Source: Candidatus Thorarchaeota archaeon
Lineage (GTDB): Archaea > Asgardarchaeota > Thorarchaeia > Thorarchaeales > Thorarchaeaceae
DNA length: 64,000 bases
Reading direction: 5' to 3'
Assembly (NCBI GenBank): GCA_020348985.1
Contig: CP070761.1
Coordinates: forward strand, 2,800,021 to 2,864,020
Both the position numbers and the translations under genes were made by a program. Each line of letters begins with the position of its first letter. Within the stretch, counting starts at the first letter, position 1. This document shows positions 1-9,809 of this stretch, in pieces. The notes under the pieces were generated by a model. The model was not told the origin of the DNA. It did no database searches and saw only the letters and a list, made by a program, of their open reading frames with translations.

Positions 1-278
1 CATTGGCCGCAGTAGGCCGTTGCTGGAGAGACAATTCTGTCCCCCACGGCAACACTCTGAACATCTTGACCAATTTCGACAACAACACCTGAGTACTCAT
101 GACCTAGAACAACTGGAGGTGTATAGAATGACTGATCATGTTTGATGTGAATGTCGCTGCCGCAGATGCCAGCGGCTTTGACCTCGATTAGAACCTCATT
201 GGGCTTGGGTCTCGGTTCTTCCAAATCCTGAAGTTCGAGATTACCTTCACCTCGTGCTGTCTTGACAAGTCCTCTCAT
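1..278 (-). CDS. Zn-dependent medium-chain alcohol/polyol dehydrogenase, N-terminal part (runs off window start)
   Basis: Not in the ORF track. Manual translation from ATG at 278 gives MRGLVKTARGEGNLELQDLEEPRPKPNEVLIEVKAAGICGSDIH...VLGHEYSGVV...YCGQ, with the catalytic Zn motifs CGSD and GHE. Confidence 0.9.
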   Translation of the reverse strand, partial: MRGLVKTARGEGNLELQDLEEPRPKPNEVLIEVKAAGICGSDIHIKHDQSFYTPPVVLGHEYSGVVVEIGQDVQSVAVGDRIVSPATAYCGQ

Positions 279-333
279 CAACCCATTCCTCAACAGGGTC
301 ATTGCCATGGAACTATAGAATCTTGCGGATTGA

Positions 334-603
334 TTAGCCTAGAATCCTCAGAAAATTAGATGGTTCCTCACCCTCGTCCAACGACCAGACTCTGTAACCA
401 TTCCCATACTCGGTCTTCAGGTTCTGTGCTGCATGAGCACTAATGAATCTCATTCGAACACCTGCGGTGCGACCAAGCCAAATGTAGATCTTAGCGCCCT
501 CTTTGTCAACTATCAGGTATGCCTTCTCTGAGGCCAGCTTCGCTCTGTTCACCTCAATCTCAAGTGATGTTCCATCATCTTGGATTTCATACCCGATGGC
601 CAT
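334..603 (-). CDS. Single-domain gelsolin-like protein
   Basis: AYLIVD...KIYIWLG...RFISAHAAQNL...LDEGEEPSNFL matches the gelsolin repeat pattern (xYxWxG, helix, EGxEPxxF). Confidence 0.85.
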   Translation of the reverse strand: MAIGYEIQDDGTSLEIEVNRAKLASEKAYLIVDKEGAKIYIWLGRTAGVRMRFISAHAAQNLKTEYGNGYRVWSLDEGEEPSNFLRILG

Positions 604-787
604 AGTCAGTCGCCATTCAAACCCCGTTTAATGCTTTCCTTGTAGGAGAGAAGGACCACGCTAGGCCTTCAATTGATGTCAGTCAAGAACCCAAGTATTA
701 CCTACTTCGGTCATGCCGCGGTCAGTCGAGGAATGATATACAATCGTTCCGATGTAATATATTCGTATGTAGGACGGACGACACTGT

Positions 788-1147
788 TCATATACGCTCA
801 AACTGGGCCTTGACAGTCCCACCACAGTAACCACATTTCGCTTCTAGGGGCCCAGTCCATTCCACTGACTCATGGCTTATATCTGCTCCACAAGATGAGC
901 AGAAATTCGGAAGCCTTACTGCCCGAACATCCGGACTCTGTGGAGTATGCGGGGTTCTCGTATCTCCAGATCTCTGAGGATGTAAATATGACGGCATCTC
1001 CAATCTAAAGCCGCGACGCGGTGTGTTTGCCCCTTTGCAGATCCGGACAAAGACGATTATGATGACGACAAACATGAATAGCGGGACTATCATGAAAAGA
1101 ATCCCGAAAGCACTAAAGAAGTCAAAGAAGTCGAAGGGTATCTGCAA
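788..1147 (-). CDS. Membrane-anchored zinc-ribbon protein
   Basis: N-terminal hydrophobic helix; C-terminal CSSCG...CGYCG. Confidence 0.75.
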   Translation of the reverse strand: MQIPFDFFDFFSAFGILFMIVPLFMFVVIIIVFVRICKGANTPRRGFRLEMPSYLHPQRSGDTRTPHTPQSPDVRAVRLPNFCSSCGADISHESVEWTGPLEAKCGYCGGTVKAQFERI

Positions 1148-1308
1148 GTGAAAATCCTCTTTTATCTCTGTTTTCGAGCGTTGCGGACCCTCATGCCTTA
1201 TTACCTTTTGGTGGGAAGTGTTGTTTTAGGGATTCAGTGCAGTACTGCCTCTACGGAAGGTATAAAGGGCAGCCGCAGAGCTAGCGGAATCAGGAGGCTA
1301 CACAAAAG

Positions 1309-1668
1309 ATGCAGATTCCAGCATTCCTACTTAGAAAGCTCTACGTGAAAGGGAGCCTCGAGAACGTTGATGGTGGATTCCAGTTTAGAATCAAGAATTC
1401 ACTCGCACCTGCAACCTCGATTGCTATGGACCCGCTCAAAGTGAACGACGAGGAGTATCCTCATGATGCAGTGATTGTCAAGTCAGACGAAGGCGAGGTC
1501 AAGGCGAGTGAGATCTCTGAGAGCAATTCATTCGCTATCAAGGTCGGGGTTGAGATTACAGTCTTTGTGGCGGGAGACTCCTTGCCCGAAGGTGAGTACA
1601 AGCTCGACATTGGCTTCACTACCAAGGAAGCCGGCAAACTTGCTTTCGATGTAACAGACGCCCTTTGA
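1309..1668 (+). CDS. Conserved hypothetical small all-beta protein
   Basis: AGGAGG upstream; predicted beta-sandwich pattern (LYVKGSL.N...GFQFRIKN); followed by a hairpin. Confidence 0.75.
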   Translation: MQIPAFLLRKLYVKGSLENVDGGFQFRIKNSLAPATSIAMDPLKVNDEEYPHDAVIVKSDEGEVKASEISESNSFAIKVGVEITVFVAGDSLPEGEYKLDIGFTTKEAGKLAFDVTDAL

Positions 1669-1684
1669 TCCAGGATATACGGAT

Positions 1685-1710
1685 ATGCAGAGGGTTGCGT
1701 TCCTCTGCAT
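1685..1710. terminator. Hairpin between convergent genes
   Basis: ATGCAGAGG-8 nt-CCTCTGCAT, a perfect 9-bp stem between the stops at 1668 and 1735. Confidence 0.55.
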
Positions 1711-1734
1711 TCCAGGATTCTTGCGTATCTTCTG

Positions 1735-3282
1735 CTAGGATTTCCTTTTGAGCGCTATAACGACAACTACTACCACGATTCCCACTGCACCAATTATCAG
1801 AAGAGGAAGAGTGGGATCTAATGGCGGGGGCGGTGATATGGTTGTGGTGCCAGGAGCTCTGAACATATACTGCTCGTGAGCCCACACGCCGTCAGAACCC
1901 TGAGCGTACACGTCAAGCGTGTGGTACCCAGGCCCTTCCGGAAGACCGGTTAGAGTTGTGCTATTTGAAGCAGAGTCCCAAGAGTAGTAGGTCTGTAGTG
2001 GTGGTTCGCTGTAAAGGATTTCAGGCATCGAACCAGGCTGCTTGACGCTGGCATTGGGAAATGCCCTCAGTGTAATCTCGATATGACCCGTGTAGGGCAG
2101 GTCGTATCGCTCTTCGACCTCGCTATTCACTTTGATTGCTTCGAAGCTCACATGATTCGGGCTCACATGGACTCGAGTGTAGTGGTGGTAGGCTTCTTTC
2201 CACCATGTGCTATAGAGTGGAGCTCCTGCACCTCCAGTTGTGATATGAACAACCCCGTTCACTGTTATCCTGATGAAAACATGATCATGCGCATTGAATA
2301 CAGCAGTGACATTCTGCTCTTCAAAGAACTGCTGCAATGCATCTCGTTCACTTTTTACGGTGTCAACTCCATTGTCAATATGGAAGACCGGATAGAAGGG
2401 GCGATGAAGCATTACAAACTTCAGGGGGCTATCATCGTTTGTTAGGTCGTCTATGAGCCAATCATATTGCTCACCAACGAATCTACCCCAGTAGTCAGTC
2501 TCCTCTGTATCAAGGGAGACAAAGTGAACTCCGGCATAATCGAATGAGTAGTAAGTTCTTGGTTCAGCAGGTAATTCGAACGCATCCAAGTAGTACTCTA
2601 GAATTCGTGGACCTTCCTGTCCTTCATCATGATTACCTAGCACGGTATAGACCGGTGCATAATGTCCCAGCATGTCAGTAATGTTAGTCACTTCCGCCCA
2701 TTTCTCAAGCGCCAACTCATGGTCTGTCGGAACCTCATATAGGAAATCACCTGGCATAAGAATCAAATGCGGCTCTTCTGCAGCAACCAATTCAGCTAGT
2801 TGATGCGTAATCTCAGGTATGGGTTCATCCCTAGTGCCAGGTCTTGTATCTCCGTAAACAATCATCTTGAAAGGAGCGCCGTCGGCCGGCGCAGTCAAGA
2901 AGTGGTATATCTCACTCTCGGTGCCATTGGACACTACTTGATACCAGTACTTCGTGTCAATCTCGAGACTCTCCAAAGTGATACGATGGTCAGTGTCAAG
3001 AGTGGAGTTTGTTTCGGATTCCATGACGCTCTCATTTAAGCCGTATCTAACAGTTGCATCTGTCGTTTCGTTCGTCCGCCAGAATATCATGGCCGAGTGA
3101 TTTGTGACGAAATTCACAGTTGGCCCCCTTATGAAGAATTGATCCTCAGCTGGAATAACCTTCGATGCGACGGCCACTTCACTTGCTAGTGTAGTCGGAC
3201 CTGCAACCCAGGCAAACAAGGGCATCACAATCAAAGAGATGATGACGGCATAGCCTAACAGCTTTCGCATTACGAGCACCAA
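1735..3282 (-). CDS. Secreted, membrane-anchored purple acid phosphatase-like metallophosphoesterase with FN3-like N-domain
   Basis: Signal peptide; motifs GDTR, GDF, GNHD, LHRP, AHDH; C-terminal TM helix with KRKS tail. Confidence 0.9.
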   Translation of the reverse strand: MVLVMRKLLGYAVIISLIVMPLFAWVAGPTTLASEVAVASKVIPAEDQFFIRGPTVNFVTNHSAMIFWRTNETTDATVRYGLNESVMESETNSTLDTDHRITLESLEIDTKYWYQVVSNGTESEIYHFLTAPADGAPFKMIVYGDTRPGTRDEPIPEITHQLAELVAAEEPHLILMPGDFLYEVPTDHELALEKWAEVTNITDMLGHYAPVYTVLGNHDEGQEGPRILEYYLDAFELPAEPRTYYSFDYAGVHFVSLDTEETDYWGRFVGEQYDWLIDDLTNDDSPLKFVMLHRPFYPVFHIDNGVDTVKSERDALQQFFEEQNVTAVFNAHDHVFIRITVNGVVHITTGGAGAPLYSTWWKEAYHHYTRVHVSPNHVSFEAIKVNSEVEERYDLPYTGHIEITLRAFPNASVKQPGSMPEILYSEPPLQTYYSWDSASNSTTLTGLPEGPGYHTLDVYAQGSDGVWAHEQYMFRAPGTTTISPPPPLDPTLPLLIIGAVGIVVVVVVIALKRKS

Positions 3283-3369
3283 CTAGTCAATACTACTGTC
3301 CTGTACTTAAGGAATCGGATTCCTCGACGAGACCCAATAGAGTTTTGAGGTTTCAACACACGAGGCTAT

Positions 3370-4293
3370 TTGGTGGGCAATTTGTACGTAAAGATAAGGA
3401 CGGATGGAGCCCTAGGAATAGGACGAGGAACCGAAGGCAAGGCTGAGATTGCAATTGGGTACGGCGAGGCACACATGATAGCGGCCGCCCTTGAGAAACT
3501 CGCTCAGACTGCACGCAGTTACAGGCAGACTTACAGAAAGACAACAGATGTTGGCGCTGGAAACAAAATCGATTTCGAACGTGCAGATGACGGCAGGATT
3601 TCTCTAATCGGCGATGGTCAGCAGTACTACTGTACGGAAGAGGAGATTCGAGAGCTTGCTGAGAAGCTCAAACACTTGCCACCGGTGGAAGTGGCTCCTG
3701 CTTCTGACTACGTAGAGAAGGCAGCTCCTAAAGATGGATTCTGTGTCCTCGTCAAGAATGGCGGCAAGCAGATTAAACTAAAACTGCCTGATGCAGCACT
3801 CGTCAAGGCTGCTGTCAAATCAAGTCTTGATAGCAGGTTCTTTGAGGAGAATATCAAGATTGGTGACAGAACTCTGGCGATCAACAGGAGCAGCGATCTG
3901 AAATGGTCACTCAGTTCTGACAATGAGTCGGTCAGGTTCACTGCGTATGAGGTGGAGGCACTTCTGGCCGGACTTCACAACACAATCCTGGATGTGCTGA
4001 TGGATGCTGTGAAGTCGAAGGGGTCTGACAAAATCGCAGACATCAGAGTAAAGAGCCAGATTCAACGAATCGAGCAAGAAGCGACAAAGGTACTTGCCGA
4101 ACATAGTAAAGGTAAGGGGATCATCAAGCAGCTGACAAAGGTGGCCAATCAGATTCTCGGCACCGGCACAGACGCTGATGCAAGAGCACATGATTTTATC
4201 CGGCTGTGCAACTACATCCATTCCAAGCTTGAGCCGGAGTTCCTTGAGCCACTATTTGAGATTCTCTCATTTACGCTGGTCACTGACACCTAG
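3370..4293 (+). CDS. Hypothetical protein with repeated beta-beta-beta-alpha units
   Basis: Long ORF with protein-like composition; no family motif recognised. Confidence 0.8.
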   Translation: MVGNLYVKIRTDGALGIGRGTEGKAEIAIGYGEAHMIAAALEKLAQTARSYRQTYRKTTDVGAGNKIDFERADDGRISLIGDGQQYYCTEEEIRELAEKLKHLPPVEVAPASDYVEKAAPKDGFCVLVKNGGKQIKLKLPDAALVKAAVKSSLDSRFFEENIKIGDRTLAINRSSDLKWSLSSDNESVRFTAYEVEALLAGLHNTILDVLMDAVKSKGSDKIADIRVKSQIQRIEQEATKVLAEHSKGKGIIKQLTKVANQILGTGTDADARAHDFIRLCNYIHSKLEPEFLEPLFEILSFTLVTDT

Positions 4294-4321
4294 TGCTTGT
4301 TCAATAATCTCCGCAAGTCTT

Positions 4322-5224
4322 ATGAAACGGGCCAAGTCTAGATTCGTCGAAGAGGAGGCCGCTAGAACGAGCTACTTGGAGCAACTAAGACGCCGTTGGG
4401 GACTTAGAGCACCTCGACAGCTTCTCAAAATGTTCAGAAGACACCGAACTTCATTCGAGACCATTCTTGCGAATATCTTCGAGGTACTGGATTCGAATGG
4501 AGGGAAGTTTGCCTTTCCCACGGTGGCTGCCGTAGCGAAGATGCGTCCGGAACTTGTGCAAGAGATTGTGAAGGAGGGGTGTGAAGTCGCAAGCCATGGA
4601 TACAATCACTTGAGATATCCCACGCTGACTCCAGAAGGCCGCCTTGAAGATCTCACTAGAAGTCTCAAGACCTTCAAACAGATGGGAATAAAGATAGACG
4701 GATTCAGGGCGCCATATGACAACTACACCGATGACATGCCAGCAATGTTAGAGAAACAGTCTCTGGTTTGGGACGGCGGTTTTGGCTACCGAAGCGAACA
4801 TCGCGAGAAGGACTACTTCTTCAATCTGGAAATAGAGGGACGCACCTCAGGTGTGACCTATATTCCTCTCAGCATCTGGAGCGATGACAAGATGATTGAT
4901 GAGATGGGAATGAATCCCGAGGCGGTTTCAAAACGACTCAAACTCGAAGTTGAAAGGACCTCGAAGAATGAGGCGATGGTAATGTTTGACCTTCATCCCA
5001 TTAGGATTGGACAGCCGGAGTTTGTACACTGTTTGGATGATGTCCTACAACATGCCAATTCACTTGGAGGATGGAGTTCTACACCTGTAGAAGCTGTTAG
5101 ATACTGGAACAAACACAGAACCTGGAAGTCTGATGCAACATTCTGTCTTCTTCTCACTGGTGACATTGATAACTGGGTTTTCTCAGACTATCTAAGAAGA
5201 GTGCTTTGGAAAAGAATGAGCTGA
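4322..5224 (+). CDS. Polysaccharide deacetylase (CE4/NodB-like)
   Basis: EVASHGYNH, GFRAPY and DLHP motifs. Start moved to ATG 4322 to avoid overlap with the upstream gene. Confidence 0.85.
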   Translation: MKRAKSRFVEEEAARTSYLEQLRRRWGLRAPRQLLKMFRRHRTSFETILANIFEVLDSNGGKFAFPTVAAVAKMRPELVQEIVKEGCEVASHGYNHLRYPTLTPEGRLEDLTRSLKTFKQMGIKIDGFRAPYDNYTDDMPAMLEKQSLVWDGGFGYRSEHREKDYFFNLEIEGRTSGVTYIPLSIWSDDKMIDEMGMNPEAVSKRLKLEVERTSKNEAMVMFDLHPIRIGQPEFVHCLDDVLQHANSLGGWSSTPVEAVRYWNKHRTWKSDATFCLLLTGDIDNWVFSDYLRRVLWKRMS

Positions 5225-5686
5225 ATGGAGACGAGAAAGATGGGGAAAATCATTGGGAGGTTTCTTAGGATACTAGCTTGGCTTGCTCCGTTCTATCAAT
5301 TCCGTGTGTCTGTACACAGGAAGTGCGGAATCAAGATTGGTAAAGGCGTTTTCATTGGACCCAATGTGATGTTTGATAGTGAACACCCAGAGTACATCGA
5401 AATCCAAGACTGGGTGGCAATTGGACCTGGTGCGATAATCATGGCACACGGAGGTGCCAGTGCACTTCACCAGAAACTGAAACTCTACGACCAGCCTCCA
5501 AAGAAGATCACAATTGAGAAAGGAGCGTGGATTGCAGCGGGGGCGATAATCCTCCCTGGCGTCACCGTGGGCCAGGGGGCCGTAGTAGCTGCAGGGGCCG
5601 TAGTCAGCAGAGATGTACAACCAATGACACTCGTTGTGGGCAACCCAGCGAGGGCTGTGCAAAAGCTAAGCCGGTCAGGCGACTAG
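5225..5686 (+). CDS. Hexapeptide-repeat (LbH) O-acyltransferase, MAT/GAT-like
   Basis: IGKGVFIGPN, IEKGAWIAAGAIILPGVTVGQGAVVAAGAVVSRDV...GNPAR; abuts the deacetylase stop. Confidence 0.9.
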   Translation: METRKMGKIIGRFLRILAWLAPFYQFRVSVHRKCGIKIGKGVFIGPNVMFDSEHPEYIEIQDWVAIGPGAIIMAHGGASALHQKLKLYDQPPKKITIEKGAWIAAGAIILPGVTVGQGAVVAAGAVVSRDVQPMTLVVGNPARAVQKLSRSGD

Positions 5687-5687
5687 G

Positions 5688-5921
5688 TCAGAGCTTGCTT
5701 GCAAGGACCTTCTTGAGATCACCGATAGTCCAGATATCAACGACCTCGTCATCGTCGAAGAAGATATTGAATCTGCTCTCGACCTCACTGATGAGTAGCA
5801 GATGCGCCATAGAATCCCACGGTTCGTAGTCCTTCCTCTTCAGGTCATCCGATATCTCGTCTTTGTCAAGCAGAAGGACAAGTGAGACAATCTCAGCAAT
5901 ACGATCGTCTATTTCGGTCAT
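5688..5921 (-). CDS. Acyl carrier protein
   Basis: 77 aa, acidic; WDSMAHL phosphopantetheine-Ser motif; E-x-x-F-x-I pattern; adjacent to fkbH and acpS. Confidence 0.92.
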   Translation of the reverse strand: MTEIDDRIAEIVSLVLLLDKDEISDDLKRKDYEPWDSMAHLLLISEVESRFNIFFDDDEVVDIWTIGDLKKVLASKL

Positions 5922-5924
5922 TAT

Positions 5925-7769
5925 CTATTCCTCTCTAACCTCGATCCACTCGGGTATCTCGACTGTCTGCTCATCGAGATTGAGAATCCAAGATGTTACA
6001 CCAGCCTCATCCGTTGTAGGCATTCCAAATCCATGACGTTCGTACAGATCCGAAGCAGGGGGGTTCTTCTTTGTGGGTATGTATTCACCAATCACGCGAG
6101 AGGCTCCAGCGGCTCGCGCATCGGCGATTATTCTCGCCAAGAAAGCGGTCTCGACCGACCGTCCTATTACTCTGCAGCTCATCAAGAACGAATCAATAAT
6201 CCTGTCACCATTATTTGCTTTCACAATGGCGACGCCTACGACACCCTCGTCTCCGAATTTGTCGGTGACAGCCATGCTGTATACGGTTGAATCCTCCGAA
6301 TCTCGGAACTGCTGTACTTGAGCGTCTGTATATCTTCTAGTCGTCAAATTGAACTGATTCGTCTTGCCTATCAATTGGACTACCCTAGGTGTGTCAAAGT
6401 CGCTGACTGGTTGTATCAGAACCTTGAGATCCAGAGTCTTCAAGAAATCATCAAGTGATCCTGCATCCCTCTCTAATTCAGCACGCTTTCGCTTCCCAAC
6501 GTACATCTCTCCGCGCGCCATGTCTTCCTTAGTGAGAGACAATACATCAAACACGTCTAGGTTCTCTAAAGTCTGGCGATAGAGTCGGGGATTCTCAGGA
6601 AGGTCAACGACCAGAACCTCAGGTAATGTCTGTCTTACCTGCTCCCTTTCCACGGGACTGTCGTCAATGAAGACAATGCTGTCTAGACCAATGTTTATCT
6701 CTTCAGCGAGTTCGATCAGATTCGTAGGTTTGTTCTGCCAGTTGATTCTTAGCGCAGCAAAATGCTCCTCACGGAGAACTTGGTAAGGATGTTCTCTGAG
6801 CACCTTAATTGCGTCCTCGAAATTGTTCTTGCTGTTGACTGCGAGAATGATTCCGCGGTTGTAGAGACTGAGTAGCACTCTTTGGAAGTCCACATATTCA
6901 ATACCAGGAGATGTGTTGCCTAGCTTGATACCTTCCATACCATCTTCGCCGATGATTCCTCCCCAGAGTGTGTTGTCAAGGTCAAGTACGATGCACTTCT
7001 TGGCCAGACCTCGAATGGCCCGGATGTAGCGCAAGTATCCCTCAGCTACGACGGGTGTGAATTCCTCGCTGAATGGAATCGACCCTCTGTACATTGTATT
7101 CCAATTTACGACTCGGTCTTTGCCAAAGGCTGCAGCCGTAGAGTCCAGATCAACAACATGAACCCTATTTGAGGTACGAAACTCTTCAGCAAGAGCTCTG
7201 TTTGCGTCCGCGAAGAAGTCTCTGATTCCCAATTGCTGTTTGGAGTCGGCAACTCCTAGAGGAGAGAATACCGGGACGATGAAGTTGTTGACAAGTACCA
7301 AGGCAGACGTGCTCTTCTCCAGCTCTTTCGCTACTGCAGAAACAGCTTTGACGATCTCCTTTTGGGAAGACTTCCTTTCCTTGTCATTCATCCTTGGAAA
7401 AGATGATAGAAAGAGTTGATCAAGCAGAGACCATGCGTCAACAGCAAGCACGACAACATCCGGGTCCAGCTGACGAAAAGGTGACATTGGATCGAGAGCT
7501 TCCTGACGAAATGTGTTGAAGCCCCCAATGAATGTCTGAGGATGCAGGCCCTCCAGTCTAATCATAACATCAAGACAGGCTGCTACTGGTTCCAGTGTTG
7601 ATGAGCCGATCACAGCCACACGTATCAACTGCGTTTCGTCTTCAGGAGGGGGAATCTCGAGGCGCTCGATCTTCTTGAAGACGCTCCAGTATCCAAGATA
7701 GGACGGGTTCTCACGAACGGTTTCGAGAAGGTCTGAGATAGCTTTATCGTTGTCACCCATATGCCTCAC
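5925..7769 (-). CDS. fkbH: FkbH-like HAD-IIIC glyceryl-transferase/phosphatase
   Basis: KCIVLDLDNTLWGGIIGEDG, FIDDSPVERE, KTNQFNLTTRRY, DKFGDEG, FLMSCRVIGR. Confidence 0.93.
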   Translation of the reverse strand: MRHMGDNDKAISDLLETVRENPSYLGYWSVFKKIERLEIPPPEDETQLIRVAVIGSSTLEPVAACLDVMIRLEGLHPQTFIGGFNTFRQEALDPMSPFRQLDPDVVVLAVDAWSLLDQLFLSSFPRMNDKERKSSQKEIVKAVSAVAKELEKSTSALVLVNNFIVPVFSPLGVADSKQQLGIRDFFADANRALAEEFRTSNRVHVVDLDSTAAAFGKDRVVNWNTMYRGSIPFSEEFTPVVAEGYLRYIRAIRGLAKKCIVLDLDNTLWGGIIGEDGMEGIKLGNTSPGIEYVDFQRVLLSLYNRGIILAVNSKNNFEDAIKVLREHPYQVLREEHFAALRINWQNKPTNLIELAEEINIGLDSIVFIDDSPVEREQVRQTLPEVLVVDLPENPRLYRQTLENLDVFDVLSLTKEDMARGEMYVGKRKRAELERDAGSLDDFLKTLDLKVLIQPVSDFDTPRVVQLIGKTNQFNLTTRRYTDAQVQQFRDSEDSTVYSMAVTDKFGDEGVVGVAIVKANNGDRIIDSFLMSCRVIGRSVETAFLARIIADARAAGASRVIGEYIPTKKNPPASDLYERHGFGMPTTDEAGVTSWILNLDEQTVEIPEWIEVREE

Positions 7770-8218
7770 TCTCTCTGCAAAAGCTCTAGGACAGCTCTGT
7801 CTATCTTCGCCTGAATATCACCCAGTTCTAGTGATCGAGCACGTGGATACGAAACCGCAACTGCAACTGCGTGGGTCGAAGAGAACGATAAACTCACTCT
7901 AATCTGATTCCCGTCCGGACCGTCTAACAGCCTCACATTTGGGACTCCTTCAGTGCTCCTGATTATCTCGATACTCGCAATTCTGCCAATGTTATTCAGT
8001 TCTAGTGCCTTTGCAACGGCTTCCTTTCCCGCAAACGTAACAGCTAGATGCGGTGCGGGATCCTGAAAGCTGAAACAGTACGAACTCTCAATTCTCGTGA
8101 AAACCCTCTGGACAAACGGGGAATCTTCGGTAAGACCTCTGAATCGCTCTATTTCAACGATGTCTGTTCCTATTTGTGCTTCTTCAAGCTCTGAGGTCTC
8201 GACCTCGTCACTACACAA
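7766..8218 (-). CDS. acpS: Holo-ACP synthase (4'-phosphopantetheinyl transferase)
   Basis: IGTDIVEIERF and FAGKEAVAKAL; GTGA overlap with fkbH. Confidence 0.9.
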   Translation of the reverse strand: MCSDEVETSELEEAQIGTDIVEIERFRGLTEDSPFVQRVFTRIESSYCFSFQDPAPHLAVTFAGKEAVAKALELNNIGRIASIEIIRSTEGVPNVRLLDGPDGNQIRVSLSFSSTHAVAVAVSYPRARSLELGDIQAKIDRAVLELLQRE

Positions 8219-8278
8219 CTTGACTCGACCGCCCTATCTTCTGGAGTCTCTTATAATGATATGGAAGAACCAATAGGA

Positions 8279-9718
8279 TCAAAGCTTAGAATCCTGCACA
8301 AGTTGAGCCGAGGACCACGGATAACGTTCTAGGATTGAGTCCAGAAGAGCCTGAACCTTCCTAACCTCTGAGGTGCCCTGATACGCCAGCAGGAGAACCA
8401 ACCCGCCCCTCGTACGCTTGAATTTCTGGTACATTGTCTTGCTCGTACTTATCGTGTCACAGACCACCATCACATCAGCCTGCGGGATGTCTAGGTCTCG
8501 CTCTCCAACTGGAGACATTACGAGGACTTCGACATCCTCGTTCTCCCGGAACTCCCTCAGAATCTCACCCTTGTCACGAGTCTGGCCTGTGATTGTGATT
8601 GTGGATAACCCAGCCCTCGTCAGTGTTTCCTCAATTTGAGCAACCATTTCGAGATACGAGGATAGCACGACCGTCTTTCGATATTGCTTGGCGATCTCAA
8701 GGACTCGAAGTGTCTTCAAAGATATCTCGGACAGACTCTTGTGTAGATGAGCTACGTTGAAATATCGTTTCAAATAGTCAGTATGGAACATCCGAAGGAA
8801 TCTATTGGCGGGCATGGCGTAGACGTACTTCCGGATGAGCAGCAGGCCCGAATAACGGCTCTTCAGTTCATCACTTATTGGTAGTCTTTCAATCATCAAA
8901 TGTATTCGTCTAACATCTCCTTCCACTAGGTCAAGATTTCCGGATTCATCCAGTTCCTGCAAAATCTCTTGGCGTGTGTTTCGGATTAGCTCGTCCAAGA
9001 CGACAAGAATCGACCGAATCTTCACATCAGTGACAAGGTTGATTGTGAGGAACGTAGGCTCAATGTGTTCTTCTACATCGGTGCCATAGAGATCTTCCAT
9101 GGAGATTACTTCAGATTCCGGTATCTGTTCCCTCAATGTGCGAAGCTCGTTTCGTATTTCCAGCTGTTCTTCCGTAAACACCGCATGGTCGTCGCGTAGT
9201 GTTCCGCTCATACCGATAATCCACTTCCCTGCAAAGAAACCCAGAATGGTTCGCCATGGAAAGACGACCGTGGTTCTGCCTCCAGTTCTTTTGATTATAG
9301 TATCAACTTCGTTGATTAGTATCATATCGTAAGCTTCCAGAAGTGAGGGTTCTTTCTCCACCATCCTAGCCAATATCTGAGGAGTTGCTACAACAACCCT
9401 CTTCTCCCGTAATACAATGGGTCGGAGGGGAGACCTTACTCTGGATGATAGCTCTCCAAGGTCATCCTCGAGACCACCATACTCGCTCCTCAGATAGTCC
9501 ATGGTTTCTGCGAGAGATGATGACGAGTGAACAACTATGATGATTCTCGTCTCAGGAAACCGCTCAGCAACAATCTGATGAGTGATGAATCGTTTCCCCA
9601 GTCCGCAATCTAGCTCAAGCAATAGATTAGTGCCAGCCATCGAACTAATCCTGTCAAGGATGTAATTCTGGTATCCCCTTGGGGTGTACTTTGTCTGGGC
9701 ACTTGGCATTGCATTCAC
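8279..9718 (-). CDS. SF2 helicase-like protein (Hef/ERCC4-helicase-like) with degenerate motifs
   Basis: PRGYQ Q-motif, LDCGLGKR, VVATPQ, INEVD, GMSGT, GERDLDIP, QKFKRTRG. Confidence 0.8.
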   Translation of the reverse strand: MNAMPSAQTKYTPRGYQNYILDRISSMAGTNLLLELDCGLGKRFITHQIVAERFPETRIIIVVHSSSSLAETMDYLRSEYGGLEDDLGELSSRVRSPLRPIVLREKRVVVATPQILARMVEKEPSLLEAYDMILINEVDTIIKRTGGRTTVVFPWRTILGFFAGKWIIGMSGTLRDDHAVFTEEQLEIRNELRTLREQIPESEVISMEDLYGTDVEEHIEPTFLTINLVTDVKIRSILVVLDELIRNTRQEILQELDESGNLDLVEGDVRRIHLMIERLPISDELKSRYSGLLLIRKYVYAMPANRFLRMFHTDYLKRYFNVAHLHKSLSEISLKTLRVLEIAKQYRKTVVLSSYLEMVAQIEETLTRAGLSTITITGQTRDKGEILREFRENEDVEVLVMSPVGERDLDIPQADVMVVCDTISTSKTMYQKFKRTRGGLVLLLAYQGTSEVRKVQALLDSILERYPWSSAQLVQDSKL

Positions 9719-9809
9719 TTGAGATTCTTGGACTCAACCAACCGTGCACTTCATTCGGTCTTAAGAACCTAGAGTATAGGTGGTTCCATAAGGAATCTGA
9801 CAATCACTT

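Noticed and set aside
1148-1348. 66-aa plus-strand ORF
   Set aside because: It spans the divergent promoter region and overlaps the RBS-supported gene at 1309.
4178-4321. Long N-terminal extensions given in the ORF track (also 15461, 17669, 18268, 26386, 30058, 32505, 53279)
   Set aside because: They overlap neighbouring genes or promoters and precede the recognisable domain start, so downstream starts were used.
5688-8218. Fatty-acid synthase or PKS/NRPS cluster
   Set aside because: No ketosynthase, adenylation or condensation domain genes are in the window.
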